Below are positions 23,642-36,607 of a stretch of DNA of 64,000 nucleotides, piece after piece (within the stretch, counting starts at the first letter, position 1; every line of letters starts with the position of its first letter). The position numbers and the translations under genes are program-made. Origin of the DNA: Callorhinchus milii (Eukaryota). The notes beneath the pieces were generated by a model that saw only the letters and a list, made by a program, of their open reading frames with translations, had not been told where the DNA came from and did not search any database. The stretch spans positions 120,096,001 to 120,160,000 of the forward strand of contig NW_024704742.1 in NCBI RefSeq assembly GCF_018977255.1, read 5' to 3'.

Positions 23642-24788
23642 ATAACATAAGAACATAAGAACATAAGAATTAGGAGCAGGAGTAGGCCATTCGGCCCTTC
23701 GTGCCTGCTCTGCCATTCAATAAGATCATGGCTGATCTTCTCACCTAATTCTGATTACCTGTCCTATCCCCATATCTCCTAATCCCTCTATTTTTCAAGA
23801 ATCTATCAGTCTCAGCCTTGAAAATGTTCAAGGACTGAGCATCTACAGCCTTCTGGGGTAGTGAATTCCATAAGTTCACTACCCTCTGAGTGAAGAAATG
23901 TTTCCTCAACTCTGTTCTAAGAGGCTGACCCTTAATTTTAAGACTGTGACCCCTGGTTATAGATTCTCCTACCAGGGGAAACAGTCCCTCAGTGTCTACT
24001 TTATCCAGCCCTTTAAGAATCTTATAAGTTTCAATAAGATCCCCCCTAATTCTTCTGTACTCTAGAGAATACAGTCCTAGTTTATTCAGCCTATCCTCAT
24101 AGGTCAGTCCCCTCAGCCCAGGAACTAACCGAGTGAATCTACGCTGCACCCCCTCTAGGGCAAGTATGTCCTTTTTTAAATAAGGAGACCAAAACTGCAC
24201 ACAATACTCTAGGTGCGGTCTCACCAAAGCCCTATACAGTTGCAGCAAGACTTCCCTACTCTTATATTCTAAACCGTTCGAAATGAACGCTAACATGCCG
24301 TTCGCCTTCTTAGTTGCTTGCTGCACCTGCAAACTAACTTTTTGGGACTGGTGTACAAGACACCCAAATCCCTTTGAATACGAACACTATCTAACTTCTC
24401 CCCTTCCAGAAAATAATCTGTTCTTTTATTCTTGCTACCAAGGTGAATAATTTCACACTTGCTAACATTGAATTCCATCTACCACCTACTTGCCCACTCC
24501 CCGAGCCTATCTATATCTTGTTGCAATCTTTTTGCATCATCCTGAGAGCTCACTCTGCTACCTAGTTTAGTATCATCCGCGAATTTAGACACATTACATT
24601 CAATGTCCTCGTCCAGATCATTGATGTAAATGGTAAATAGCTGAGGCCCAAGCCCTGATCCTTGTGGCACTCCAGTAGTTACATCCTGCCAATTCGAGAA
24701 TGATCCGTTTATCACTACTCTCTGCTTTCTACCCGATAGCCACTCTTCTATCCATGTTAATATTTTCCCATTAATCCCGTGGGCCTTA
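23642..24788 (-). mobile_element. CR1 LINE, 5'-truncated
   Basis: (ATAAGAAC)n tail; [30 protein letters not shown]; nearly identical to 48436-49170. Confidence 0.93.
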
Positions 24789-24997
24789 TAACAACATAAC
24801 ATGTAGGAGCAGGAGTAGGCCATTCAGCCCTTCGAGCCTGTCCCGCCATTCAATCATGGCTGATCTTCTAATCTAACTCCAGCTAATAACCTAACCCTGC
24901 CTTATCCCCATATCCCTTAACCCCTTTTGCAATAAGAAATATATCTATCTCAGTCTTGTATATGTTCAAGGACTGAGCGTCAACAGCCCTTCAGGGT

Positions 24998-25032
24998 ACA
25001 ACAACAACAACAACAAGATTCCATTTATAAAG
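24998..25032 (-). mobile_element. About 35-bp L2 family A 3' terminus inserted in CR1
   Basis: (AAC)n-AAGATTCCATTTATAAAG is identical to L2-A ends such as 13654-13681. Confidence 0.85.
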
Positions 25033-27870
25033 TGAAGAAGTGAAGAAGTTCTTCCTCAACTCAGTGCGAAAGGGCTGGCCTCTGATTTTAAGGTTGTGAC
25101 CCCTGGTTTTAGTTTCTCCAACCAGGGGAAACAATCTCTCACTATCTACTCTATCATGCCCTTTGATGATCTTATAGGTTTCTATAAGATCCCCTTTAAT
25201 TCTTCTATATTCTAGAGAATATAGGTCCAAATTGGTCAGCCTATCCTCGTAACTCATCCTCTTCATCCCTGGTACTAACCTAGTAAATCTACACTGCACC
25301 CCCTCCAAGGCAAGTACATCCTTCCTTAAATGAGGAGACCAAACTGCACACAGTATTCCAGGTGTGGTCTCACCAGGGCCCTATACAGTTGCAGCAAGAC
25401 TTCCCTACTCTTATACTCTAATCCTTTCATAATGAATGCTAACATACCGTTCGCCTTCCTAATTGCTGCTGCACCTGCAGACTAACTTTCTGTGATTGGT
25501 GTACAAGGACATCCAAGTCCCTCTGGACGCTAACACATTCCAGTCTCTCCCCTTCTAAAAAATAACTCGCTCTACTGTTTTTGCTACCTAGGTGGATGAC
25601 TTCGCACTTCCCTACATTATACTTCATCTGCCACCTACCTGCCCAATCACCTAACCTATCCATGTCTTGCTGCATTTTTTTAATGTCATCCTCTGTGTTG
25701 ACACTTCCTCCTAGTATTGTGTCATCCGCGAATTTAGATATATTAACTTCGATGTCCTCATCTAGATCGTTGATGTAGATGGTAAATAGCTGAGGCCCAA
25801 GGACTGATCCTTGTGGCACTCCACTAGTCACATCCCGCCAATCTGAAAAAGACCCGTTTATCCCTACTCTTTGTTTCCTACCCGTTAACCATTCCCCAAT
25901 CCACGTTAATATGCTCCCCCCAATTCCATGGGACCTTATCTTTTGGACTAACTCTTTATGCGGCACCTTATCGAATGCCTTTTGAAAGTCCAAATAGACC
26001 ACATCCACTGATTCACCCTTATCTAGTTTACTCGAGATATCCTCAAAAAATTCCATGAGATTTGTCAAACATGACTTCCCTTTTGTAAAGCCATGTTGAC
26101 TTGGCCTAATTATATTGTGCTCCCCTAAATACCGCACTACCACATCCTTAATCAATGATTCTAAATTTTTTCCTGTCACATCAGTGAGACTAACTGCCCT
26201 ATAGTTCCCCATCTTTTCATTCCACCTTTTTAAAATAGTGGTGTGACATTTGCGATCTTCCAATCCATGGGGACTGTTCCAGAATCCAAGAAATTTTGGA
26301 AGATCAGACACAAGGCCTCCACTATCTCATAAGCTACCTCTTTAAAAACCCTGAGATGCAAGTCATCTGGACCAGGGGATTTGTCACGTTTTAGTGCTAA
26401 CAGTTTCTCTAGCACCAATTCTCTACTAATGAAAATTTCCCTAAGTTGCTCCCTGTCCTTATCCCCTTGGTGCATCTCTATTGTTGGCAGACTTGTTGTG
26501 TCTTCTAGGGTGAAGACAGATGCAAAGTACCCATTTAGGGACTCTGCCATGTCCTTATCCCCCATTATAACTTCTTCAGTCTCTGACTGTAGTGGACCTA
26601 CATTTACCCTCGCTAGCCTATTCCTCTTAATGTATTTGTAAAAACTTTTACAACCAGACTTAATGTTCCTAGCTAGCTTACCCTCATACTCCTTATTCTC
26701 GCTCTTAATTAGTTTTTTAGTTTTTTTTGCTGGTTTCTAAAAATCTCCCAATCTTCAGATTTGCTGCTTTTCTTAGCAGTTTTATAAGCTTTTTCTTTTA
26801 ATTTGATGCTTTCCCTAACTGCTCTAGTTAACCACGGATGAATTGCTTTCTCTGTGGTACTCTTATTTCGCAAGGGAATATGCGACCGCTGAGAATTTTG
26901 CCCTACATCCTTAAATATTTGCCACTGTTGGTCTACATTTTTATCTCTTAATCTTATTCTCCAGTCTATTTTACCTAAATCTTTCCTCATACCTACAAAA
27001 TTTGCTCTATTTAAATTCAGAATACTTGCCTCGGATTTAACTATATCCCTCTCTAACTTAATGCAGAATTCAATCATATTGTGTTCACTCTGCCCCAGAG
27101 AATTCTTAATACCTACACTGCCAACTAGCCCTGTTTCGTTACACAAAACAAGGTCTAGGATGACCTGTCTCCTAGTTGGTTCCTCGGCATACTGCTCTAG
27201 AAAGCTATCTCTCATACACTCAATGAACTCTTCTTCTAACCTACTTTTGCCGATTTGGTTTTCCCAATCTATGTGGAGATTGAAATCACCCACTATTATC
27301 TCTTTATCTTTCCTATATGCTCCACTGATTTCCTAATTAATACCTTGTGCTATATTGTGATCACTGTTTGGGGGTCTATAAACCACTCCCATTAATATTT
27401 TCTGCCCCTTATTATTTTTTTTATTTCCACCCATATTGTCTCGACCTCCTGGTAATCGGATTTCAGATCCTTCCTCTCCACTGCTTTTATTTCATCCCTA
27501 ATTAACGGCTACCCCCCCACCTCGTTTCCCACAGTGCCTATCTTTCCTGTAAAATGAGAACCTTGGAATATTTAACTCCCGCCCTAGATCTCCTTGCAAC
27601 CATGTTTCATTGATGGCTACTGGATCGTACCCATATGTGTCTATCTGTGCTTTTAATTCATCAGTTTTATTCCGAATGCTTCGTGCATTCAGATATAGTA
27701 TTTTTAATTTCCTACCATTTCCTCTACTCTCTGATTCCTTATCTACTTTGCCAAGTTTCTTACCCCTAGTTAACATATTCCTATTATCTGGCATGCTATT
27801 CTGCAGTGTCATCTTTACTTTTTCTAATGCTAACTTATAGTTTCTCTTACCTATATATTTCCCCCCTTTA

Positions 27871-28780
27871 CTAGTTTAAATTCCTATTTACCTCCCTATT
27901 AATTTGTTTAACTAGGACATTTGTCCCAGCCCGATTTAAATGCAGCCCATTTCGCTGAAAGAGCTCTCTTTTCTTCCAATACTCGTGCCAATGGCCCATA
28001 AAAAGAAACCCCTGAGTTCCGCACCACTCGTTTAGCCATGCGTTCAAGTCCTTAATTTGTTTGTTCCTGTACCAATTGTCATATGGTACAGGCAGCAGTC
28101 CCAATATTACCACTTTCGATGATCTTGACTTCAATTTGGACTCCAGCTCTTCGAATGCCCTTCTCAAGTCATCTTGGCCAGCTCTACCGGTGTCATTGGT
28201 ACCTATGTGAAGTACCACCAACGGATCCTTGCCCTCGTATTTTAAATTATCCTCTAGCCCTGCCGAGACATCCTTCACCCTGGCCCCAGGGAGGCAGCAC
28301 AGCCTTTGGGTCTTCTGGTTGGTGTTGCCGATGGTTGTGTCTGTCTAATAGTCTCATCCCCAATGACAACAACCATCGGCTCGTTTGCCTCAGTGTTAGA
28401 GGTAGTTTTTCCTTCCACCTCACCGGCTTCCTTGTCGATACAAGTTCCAAGGATCTCGTACCTGTTGCTCAAGGTTAATGCCGGATTTACTACCACTCTT
28501 TCTGTTGTCAACCTGACTGTCCATTGACCTATCTTGACCATAACCAATGTTGACTGTATATTCTCTCAGGGGAGTGACTGGCTCCAGGATGAAGCTATCC
28601 AGGAAGCACTCACTGTCTCTGATACTCTGTAGTGTCTGCACCTCGGATTCCAGCTCAGCCACTCTGAGCTGGAGCTGCCTCAGTTGCAGACATCTTCTGC
28701 AGATGTGGTCGCCTGGGGTCAGACTGCCCTTCATCAGCTCCCACATGTCTCACTCCTCACATAGCACCTGCCATGCCATT
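27871..28780 (-). pseudogene. CR1 ORF1 (Cys4 finger, leucine zipper, SGNH esterase)
   Basis: CEECDMWE..HICRRC, LQLRVAELE, VVIGDE, LHIGTND, NGLHLN. Confidence 0.88.
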
Positions 28781-29104
28781 ATCACCTCTTCTAACTTGAG
28801 TTAGTTAGGTAAGTTAATTTAATTAAGTTTTAATTTAATCAAGTTGATCCAATTAAGTTGATCAAGTTAAGTTAAACCAATCAAGGTAAATTGATCAAAT
28901 TAAGTCTGTGGTGTGTGATGTGTTGATAGTGATAGTTGTTAGTTTACTGTTAGTCTGTAGTTAGTGTTGATACTGACGTCGCTCTGACATTACTTTTTAA
29001 TTTTCTCACTGGTTTTTTATCCTCTGACTGACTGGCTCTCCGCACTGTGGCTTTATCCCCACCGCTCGGTCTAGGCTCCGCCCCTCGCTCTCGGGCCCTG
29101 AGTG

Positions 29105-29500
29105 GCTGAATCTATTGCCCTTGTCCCAATACAATATTATTGCCCTTGTCCGCCAGTTTTATAACAATATCCGGGCATTTCCTGAGTTCCACTAATGCCC
29201 GCCTCTCCCTCTTCGTCAAGTTACGTTTCTGTCTTGTTCAGGGAGGGGTTCCCCACTCCTGCCATAGTTTTGTCCCTAAATGTTGTTAATTTGGGGTTTA
29301 GCTGATTCTCCCTAGGGGTCCTCCCAAACTGTGCTGTGAATCTTGTTTGCCTGCCTGCTCTATCTACTGTTTTGGGGTTACTAAAGAAGTCACAGAGTTT
29401 GACCCTTCTAAAAAAAATTCTTCTAGATCCCGTCTTAGTTTCATTTGACAGGGGTTATCAGCAGGGACGAACTGTAAGGAATTCTTACCAGTATAACCAA
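29105..29500 (-). mobile_element. Penelope-like RT N-terminal fragment
   Basis: ERRALVELRKCPDIVIKLADKGNNIV; 29270-29395 is homologous to 3930-4055. Confidence 0.8.
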
Positions 29501-29769
29501 GCACTAGACGGAGTCATACTAAGCATGTTTTGAAATGTTTTACTCCGAAACCATCGAAATCCCAGTGCACAGATGATTATAAATCCGCTTAACATATAAA
29601 TGACGCCATTACGCCCAACGCACTTTAATCACTCGACGCAAACACAATGAACTTCCTTATAATCTATCCCGCTCGACAATCACATTCCTCATTAACCGAT
29701 CTAACCACTATAACATATATGAACCTATTATGTTGCCTATGTAGTATATGGGTGTACCTCTTATTGAGA

Positions 29770-30562
29770 TTTCCGATGCTAAGGTTCGAATAATAACCTG
29801 ACAATCCAATTAAGGTGTAATAGAGATTTATTGTTCAGGATAATACATACAAAACAGATAGATTAATGCTTTTACAATGTGGAGTCCTGTAGCTCAGTGG
29901 TTAGAGCACTCGCTTTCAAGTGAGAGACCTGAGTTCAATTCCAGGCAGGGCGAAACCTTGGGCAAGTTTCCTTACTCCACACGCCTAATAATAATCCCTT
30001 CAAAAAACAATAATAAATTGGTCATTTTCAATCCACGACTGTTTGTGGGACATTGCTGTGCGCAATTGGCTGCCGCGTTCGCCCACAAATATACAGTCAA
30101 TTCACTTTGCAGTATGTTCTGTGAAGCGCTTTGGGACGTCCTCCCGACGTGAAAAGCGCTATATCAAATGCAAGGATTATTATTATTATTACAATGTAAT
30201 AAAACATATACTACCACTTTTGGAGTAGTCTGCAGTAATGGCCCCTGCACGTCTTCACTTGGCTGGGTCTGCGCCTAGCTTGCTTAATGCTAGGTTAGTT
30301 ATACCATACTGCCTAGGGGTTCTATCCCATAGTTCCCCCAATCGGAGGCCTGCCATGTAGTTGGGCTTTGCACGTGTTGCTCATTCGACCAATCATGTTT
30401 GCGCTGCACGACTGTCGCCAGACTTCTCCTTTTCAAAGATACCTGGGGCTTCTGATACAGAGCAACTTGCGCATCAGTCCTCAGCGCCTGGTAGCTCTCT
30501 TCCTCTCATGGCCAGTGCCTGTCCCCGACTGAGGAAAAGAGTTAGTAAGATTGGCAGATGTT
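29770..30562 (-). repeat. Possible LTR remnant interrupted by a SINE
   Basis: AATAAA at about 29827, CCAAT-rich non-coding sequence, leader-like DNA at 29500-29770; no PBS or termini confirmed. Confidence 0.3.
29879..30190 (+). mobile_element. tRNA-headed Deu-type SINE with L2-derived tail
   Basis: A box TAGCTCAGTGG, B box GAGTTCAATTCC, Deu-like TGCTGTGCGCAATTGGCTGCCGCGTT, L2-like stem-loop, (TAT)n; flanked by TTACAATGT direct repeats. Confidence 0.92.
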
Positions 30563-33500
30563 TACAACAACAACAAGATTCCATTTATAGAGCGCCTTTC
30601 ACGTCGGGAGGACGTCCCAAGGCGCTGTACAGTTGTGTCAGGACCCGAGCAGGGGAGAAATGGTCAGGGTGAGGGGAGGGAAGGGAGGGAGCGAGGAGGG
30701 TGTAGAGCGTCGAGAGGGGAGCCGAACGCTCGGTCAAAGAGAAAGGTCTTGAGACCGGCCTTGAAGGAGGAGAGGGAGGAAGCAAGGCAAAGGCACTGGG
30801 GGATGGAGTTCCAGAGCCTCGAGGCTGAGAGGCTGACGGCCCGGCCACCGATGGTAGGGCGGTTGGGGCGGGGGACGTGGAGCAGACCGGAGCCAGAGGA
30901 ACGGAGGGTACGGGCAAGTAGGTAGGGGGATAGTAGGTCAGAGAGGTAGGAGGGAGCAAGGCCGTGGTTGGCCTTATAGGTGAGGATGAGGATCTTGAAA
31001 TCAATCCTCTGGGGGATGGGGAGCCAGTGGAGGCGAGCGAGGGTGGGAGTGATGTGGTCCCGAAGCCTGGTGCGGGACAGTACACGAGCTGCAGAGTTCT
31101 GAATGACCTGCAGCTTGTGGAGGGAGGCGCCGGGAAGGCCGACGAGGAGAGAGTTCCCATAGTCCAGCCTTGAGGTGACAAAGGCGTGGACCAGAGTTTC
31201 AGCAGCGTGAGGGGTGAGGTAGTGCCGTAGTCTGGCGATGTTCCGGAGGTGATGGAAGGCGGTGCCAGTTGTGGTGCGGATGTGAGGGAGAAAGGACAGC
31301 TCAGGGTCGAACAAAACGCCGAGGTTCCTGATTGGCTTTGAGAGGTGGAGAGTGCAGCCTTGGATGCTGATGGTGTCAGCGCCTGAGGTGCGGAGGCGCT
31401 GACGTGAGCCAATCAGGAGGGCCTCGGTTTTTCGCACGTTGAGCTGAAGAAAGTTGTCTCTCGTCCAAGACTCGATGTCGGACAGGCAGGCTGTCAGGAC
31501 ATCGGTGGTCGTGGAGTTGAGAGTAGAGGAGGAAAGGTAGAGTTGGGTGTCATCCGCATACATGTGGAAGTTAACTCCATGTCTGCGGATGATGTCACCA
31601 AGGGGGAGCATATAGAGGGTGAAGAGGAGGGGACCGAGGACAGAGCCCTGAGGGACACCACATGAGACAGTGCGGGGGGTGGAGGAGAAGCCATTTGTCG
31701 AGACAAAGTGAAGACGGTGAGAAAGGTACGACCTAAACCACTCAAGGACAGTCCCTTGAAGGTTGAGGTGGGAAGACAAGCGGTGGAGTAGGATAGCGTG
31801 GTCGACCGTATCGAATGCTGCCGATAGGTCGAGGAGGACGAGGAGGCAGAGGGAGCCCTGGTCACAGATGGTCAGGATATCATTGGTGATCTTGACCAGG
31901 GCAGTTTGTGTGCTATGGGCAGCACGGAAACCTGACTGAAGGGGTTCGAAAAGTGAATGGGTGGAAAGGAAAGAGCGCAGTTGGGAGGCGACAACTCTTT
32001 CCAGGACCTTGGAGAGAAAGGGGAGGTTGGAGATGGGCCGGTAGCTTGATCGCTGTGACGCATCAAGGGAGGGTTTTTTCAAGGTGGGCGTGATGGTGGC
32101 AGTTTTTAAGGGAATAGGGACAGAGCCAGAGGAGAGGGACAGGTTGATGATGTCAGTGATATGTGGGGCAAGAAAGTGGAGCTGGGAGATAAGGAGTGGA
32201 GTGGGGATGGGGTCAAGGGAGCAGGTGGTTGGTTTCCGGGATAGGATGAGTTTGGTGACAGATGGTGGGGAAACGCGTACAAAAGTGAGTAGGGGAGGAT
32301 GGGTAGCAGTCGGAGTGTGGGAGTGAGGGGGTGGATGATTGGTGGATGTTGGAGGGGAAGTGACCGCGGAGCGAATTCCCTTGATCTTGGATTCAAGGAA
32401 ATCCAGCATCTCCTCGCAGTGAAGGTTGGAGGAGATGACCTGCGCGGGGTGGCGGTGGGGACGGAGGAGTCGGGTTGTGGTGGAAAACAGTAGCCTGGGG
32501 TTGTTCTTCGCCTAGGACGACTTGGACGACTTGGCCGAGGTTAGAGTGGAGCGGTAAATTTTGAGGAGGTCCAGCCAGATTTGTTGGTGGACCGTTAGGC
32601 CAGATTTGACACAGGTGCGTTCAGCAGCCCGCACCTGGCTTTTCAGTGAGCGGAGGTGGGTGGTGTACCAGGGGGAGGAGCGGGAGTAGGAGACAGTGCG
32701 GGAAGTGATGGGGGCAAGAGTATCGAGTGTGGAGGAGAGGTATTGTGGAGGAGGGAGAGAGGAGAAGAGGGGTCGGTGAGGGTTGAAGGCCAGAGGGAGA
32801 GGAGTTCAGAGGACTCCAAGGCATCGGTTAGGGATTGTGGGGGTAACTTCTTCCAAGGGCGGTAGAAGATGGTGGTGGGTCTGGTGGAGGTGGGGAGGGG
32901 GGTGGAGGTGGTGAAGGAGATGAAGTAGTGGTCAGAGATGGCCTTGTCGGTAATAGTGACATCCGAGACACTGAGGCCCCGGGTGATCACCAAATCGAGT
33001 GGGTGGCCGTGACTGTGAGTGGGGGAGTTTATGTGTAAGGAGAGGTTGAGTGAGGAGAGCAGGGAAGAGAAGTCTGTGGAGATGGAGCAGGAGGGGGTGA
33101 AGTGCAGGTTAAAGTCGCCCAGGATGATGAGGCGATCAGAGCAGAGGCAAAGAGATGTGAGGAGTGTTGAAATGTCAGAGATGAAGGTGGGAGAGGTTTT
33201 AGGGGGCCGGTAGAGGAGGAGGATTTTAAGGGAGAGGAATGAGGGGTGGGAGAGGGTGAGGTGCTCAAAGGAGGGGAAAGAGCCAGTGGAGTAAGGGGAT
33301 AGGGCAAGTGGTGTCCTTGAGATAAGGGCAACACCACCGCCACGGCGGTTGGGGCGGGGGATGTGGTGGGAGGTGTAGCCGGGTGGTGTGGCCTCCGTGA
33401 GGGGGAAGGTGTCGCCTGGGGTGAGCCAGGTTTCTGTTAAGGCCATGATGTCAACGTTCTCATCAAGGATGAGATCGTTGATGACCAGGGCCTTGTTGCA

Positions 33501-34201
33501 GAGGGAGCGGACATTTTGCAGTCCGATGTGGAGGGAGCGGTTGACAGAAGGGTGTGTGGGAGGGGAGGGGGGTCCAGGTTGTGAGGCAGGGGTGGGGGTA
33601 TGGGGATAAGGGAGGAGAGGTTGGCTCCCCGGGTCTGTGTCCGGGGTGGGTGGCGAGTGTGGTGGGGAATGGGGCAGTCGGTGTGGCTGCTGCTGGACAG
33701 CCAACGCCGAGTGCCGCGGTGAGCCCGGCGGAGGATTCCCAGGCTGGAACAGAGGGAGGTTGTGGGAGGGTCAAGTGGGGATAGAAGACGAGAGGGACAG
33801 AGAGAGAGGAGGAGAGAGCGGGAGAGATGCAGAGGGGGGAGGGTTTGGGGGGAGAGAGGAGGGGGGCGGGAGGGAGGGGGCTCGGGGGCTCGGGTCAAAG
33901 CGGCAGCCATAGTGCGCACGCGGGGACCGGGAGCGAGCGGTCAGGTGGATGGCATTATCCCGTAGATTGGGGCAGCCAACCCAACAGGACCATAGTGGGC
34001 TCTGATGTGAGCCCTGGGGGGGAGCGCAGAGGTTTTTTTTTGTTGCGCGCGCACGCACCTGAAAACTAATCTATGACGTCAGCGGTTCCCCCGCTCCGCC
34101 CCACACCTCCCCCCCCTAGCTGATCTCGCTCCGGCGTCGAGTTTAAATACCTGTGTAGGTTGGCCCAGGCTCCTCCCCGCGCTGTCCTGCCGCCGCTCCC
34201 C
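30563..34201 (-). mobile_element. L2 family A, full length (about 3.6 kb, single ORF, frameshifted)
   Basis: (AAC)n tail; RT 30664-32409; endonuclease 32643-33704; 5' UTR to 34201. Confidence 0.95.
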
Positions 34202-34602
34202 GTGTGGCTCCCCATTTACATGAGGATCGGGTTGTTTTACTTAGTTTTGTTAAAGGAATGTATGACTACCTTGGTGTTAATCAGCGTGTGAGAGCCTACT
34301 CTTCTCTTGAAACTATCCGCTCTCTTATTCTAATAATCCTTTGAAAAAAAAGCTTTGAGACGTCTCAATGATGTGTTAAGGTACTATATTAAATGCAAAA
34401 AATATTATTATAATAAAGAGGGAACCACTACTGAGAGCACAGAAATCAGCCCACGATATAGAGAGAAACACGACTGAAACAACACAACTTACCTTAACTT
34501 GTGAAATCTTTTGTTTCTGTGTAACTTGAGCTTCTAGAGCAGCGGCCTTCCTCTGTGTGAGAGAAGCTAATGAGGATCTCACTTTATCCTGGAATTAAAT
34601 AC

Positions 34603-34648
34603 GAAGTCCTGTAGCTCAGTGGTTAGAGCGCTCACCTCTCAAGCAGGG
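34603..34648 (+). mobile_element. SINE tRNA head fragment
   Basis: GTCCTGTAGCTCAGTGGTTAGAGC matches 29884-29907. Confidence 0.75.
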
Positions 34649-34649
34649 G

Positions 34650-35210
34650 GTAGCCTTTTCCAAGGGCGGTAGAGGATGGTTGAGAGCTTGGTGGAGGAGA
34701 GAGGGATGTGAGAGGAGAAGGAGATGAGGAAGTGGTCCGAGATGGCCTTGTCCACAATGCTGAGGTCGGAAATGTCAAGGCCATGGGTGATGATGAGGTC
34801 AAGTGCATGACCACGGTTGTGGGTGGGTGAGTTTTGTATGGAGGGTAAGGTTTAGGGAGGAAAGGAGGGCAGTGAAGTGGGCAGAAGTAATGCAAGGGGA
34901 GTTTAGGTGGAGGTTGAAATCGCCCATTATGAGCAGGCGCTCGGAACAGAGGGACAGGGAAGAGAGGAGAGTGGAGATGTCTGTGAGGAAGGAGCCGGGG
35001 GGCTTAGGGGGGTGGTATACAAGGAAGATTTTCAATGGGAGAGAGGGATGGAAAAAGGTGAGGTGCTCCTCACCTGGCTTTGCTTTTATACACAGCTAGG
35101 CCTTGGCTCCGCCCCGCGCTCTCCAACCTCCGCTCCCGACTGAGTGGCTCCTCACCTGTCTGTGCTTTATATACACGGCTATGCCTCGGCTCCGCCCAGC
35201 GCGATTTTGC
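34650..35210 (-). mobile_element. L2 family B endonuclease fragment plus duplicated 5' GC-box/TATA module
   Basis: VYHPPK, IMGDFN; two GGCTCCGCCC motifs with TTTATA at 35065-35205. Confidence 0.75.
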
Positions 35211-35369
35211 CAGCGAAGTGGAACCCTTGATCTGAGTTTACTTGTATTGGTATTCCAACCTGCAGATCATCTCACACAAGAGGACCTGTGCTGCTGTCAG
35301 TGCAGTGATAGTTCTTTGGGAAACACCTCTATCCATTTGATAAATTTGTCTAGAATAAGTCAAACAGTG

Positions 35370-36160
35370 TTTTAAAACCCCCCTGCCCTACAGGTAAGGG
35401 TCCGATGAAATCAATTTGGACATGGGTTCATGGACCGTGAGGTTTTGGGACTGACGCTAATAGTGCCCGTTGTCCACAGGGGGCAGGTTGTGCTGCAAAG
35501 ACACCAAACAGCGGTGTTTTCGCTGCTCGATATCCTCTATCACACTTGGCCACCACATGCTGCATATATTAACTATTATTCATTGCCGAATAATGACCTG
35601 AGGTGGGATGTGTGTGAAAGATGGTGAATATGTCATCTTGTAAATCTGGGGCAACGCATACAACCAGGTTTTTATCCGGGGTAGCGTACATTAAAATGGG
35701 TTCGGAGGTGGTGTCTTTACAAGTCTGAGTGTTTATAGTCATAGGGGCCCAGGTAGTGGTGGGGAAGATAGTTTGTTCGTCTTATGCTAGTTCAGCACAG
35801 CGACCTAAGGTTCATACGTCATTTGTGGACTTCGAAGATCCAAGGCTGATGGAACAGTTTTCCCTGCAGATGCCACCTGGGAAGTAGGTGGTGAAGGTGG
35901 CTTCCACTGTGCAACGGTCCTATTTTACAGCCTTATCTGCAGCCGAGTTCCCCTGTGTGTGTGGTTCGTAGATTTTAGAATGTCCTTTCACCTTACCCAG
36001 ATGTAAGGGGGTCTGACGGTCGGAGAGTCTCCCATAGATTCTGTAGGATGTCCTCGATTGTCTCCTTCTGAAACAGTTCTGAAAAAAACTGTACCCAAGG
36101 CCATCCTGCTTTGCAAGCCAATCTTTGGTCAAAGACCGTTTATCATGGAGAATGTAATAT
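35370..36160 (-). pseudogene. pol: Third ERV pol remnant (RNase H C-terminus to integrase N-terminus)
   Basis: HLGKVKGHS..GNSAADKAVK; CLVFAAQP..; THVQIDFIGPLP at about 35385-35430. Confidence 0.75.
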
Positions 36161-36164
36161 CTTA

Positions 36165-36380
36165 CACTTACAGAAACATATAATTTTACAGCACAGAAGG
36201 CCATTCGTCCCATTGTGTCTATGCTGGTTCTCTTAACAAGCAATTCTTTCAGTCCCATTTACTTGCCCTTTCCCCATATCCCTATAATTTACTTCTTTTT
36301 GGGATGTCTCACTCCTGTTTGAAAGGTAATGTGGATTTTGCCTCAACGACCACTCCCGGCAGTGCATTCCATATACTATT
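36165..36380 (-). mobile_element. Old CR1 3' end (or CR1-tailed SINE) fragment
   Basis: GGCCATTCGTCCCATT, CCCCATATCCCT, GGCAGTGCATTCCA parallel the CR1 3' ends at 23680-23875. Confidence 0.6.
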
Positions 36381-36576
36381 TGATCATCTCCCTGTATGAC
36401 TGCTTGGAGAAACTTTGGTTACTTTCCTCTTCATAACAGTTAAGAGAAATATAATGCCATTGAGCTAACTCCTCTTATATAATTCAATATATTGTCTACT
36501 GCTTCTCATGAAGTCCAGTCTTAATGTAACCGCTTCTTTGTCTTTGGGAGGTCGTCTGCGCTGAACCTGGAGGTAT

Positions 36577-36578
<2 letters not shown>

Positions 36579-36607
<29 letters not shown>

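Larger units (their letters stand above)
24790..29102 (-). mobile_element. CR1 LINE, near full length, decayed
   Basis: 5' UTR, ORF1, then ORF2 with YLNARSIRNK, GDFN, YLDFQKAFDKVPH, KFADD, and 3' tail at about 24790-24830. Confidence 0.93.

Noticed and set aside
29881..29955. tRNA gene
   Set aside because: It is the tRNA-derived head of a SINE, followed by a Deu core and LINE tail.
34202..34600. Possible LTR or gag start
   Set aside because: No termini, PBS or motif could be identified; left unassigned.
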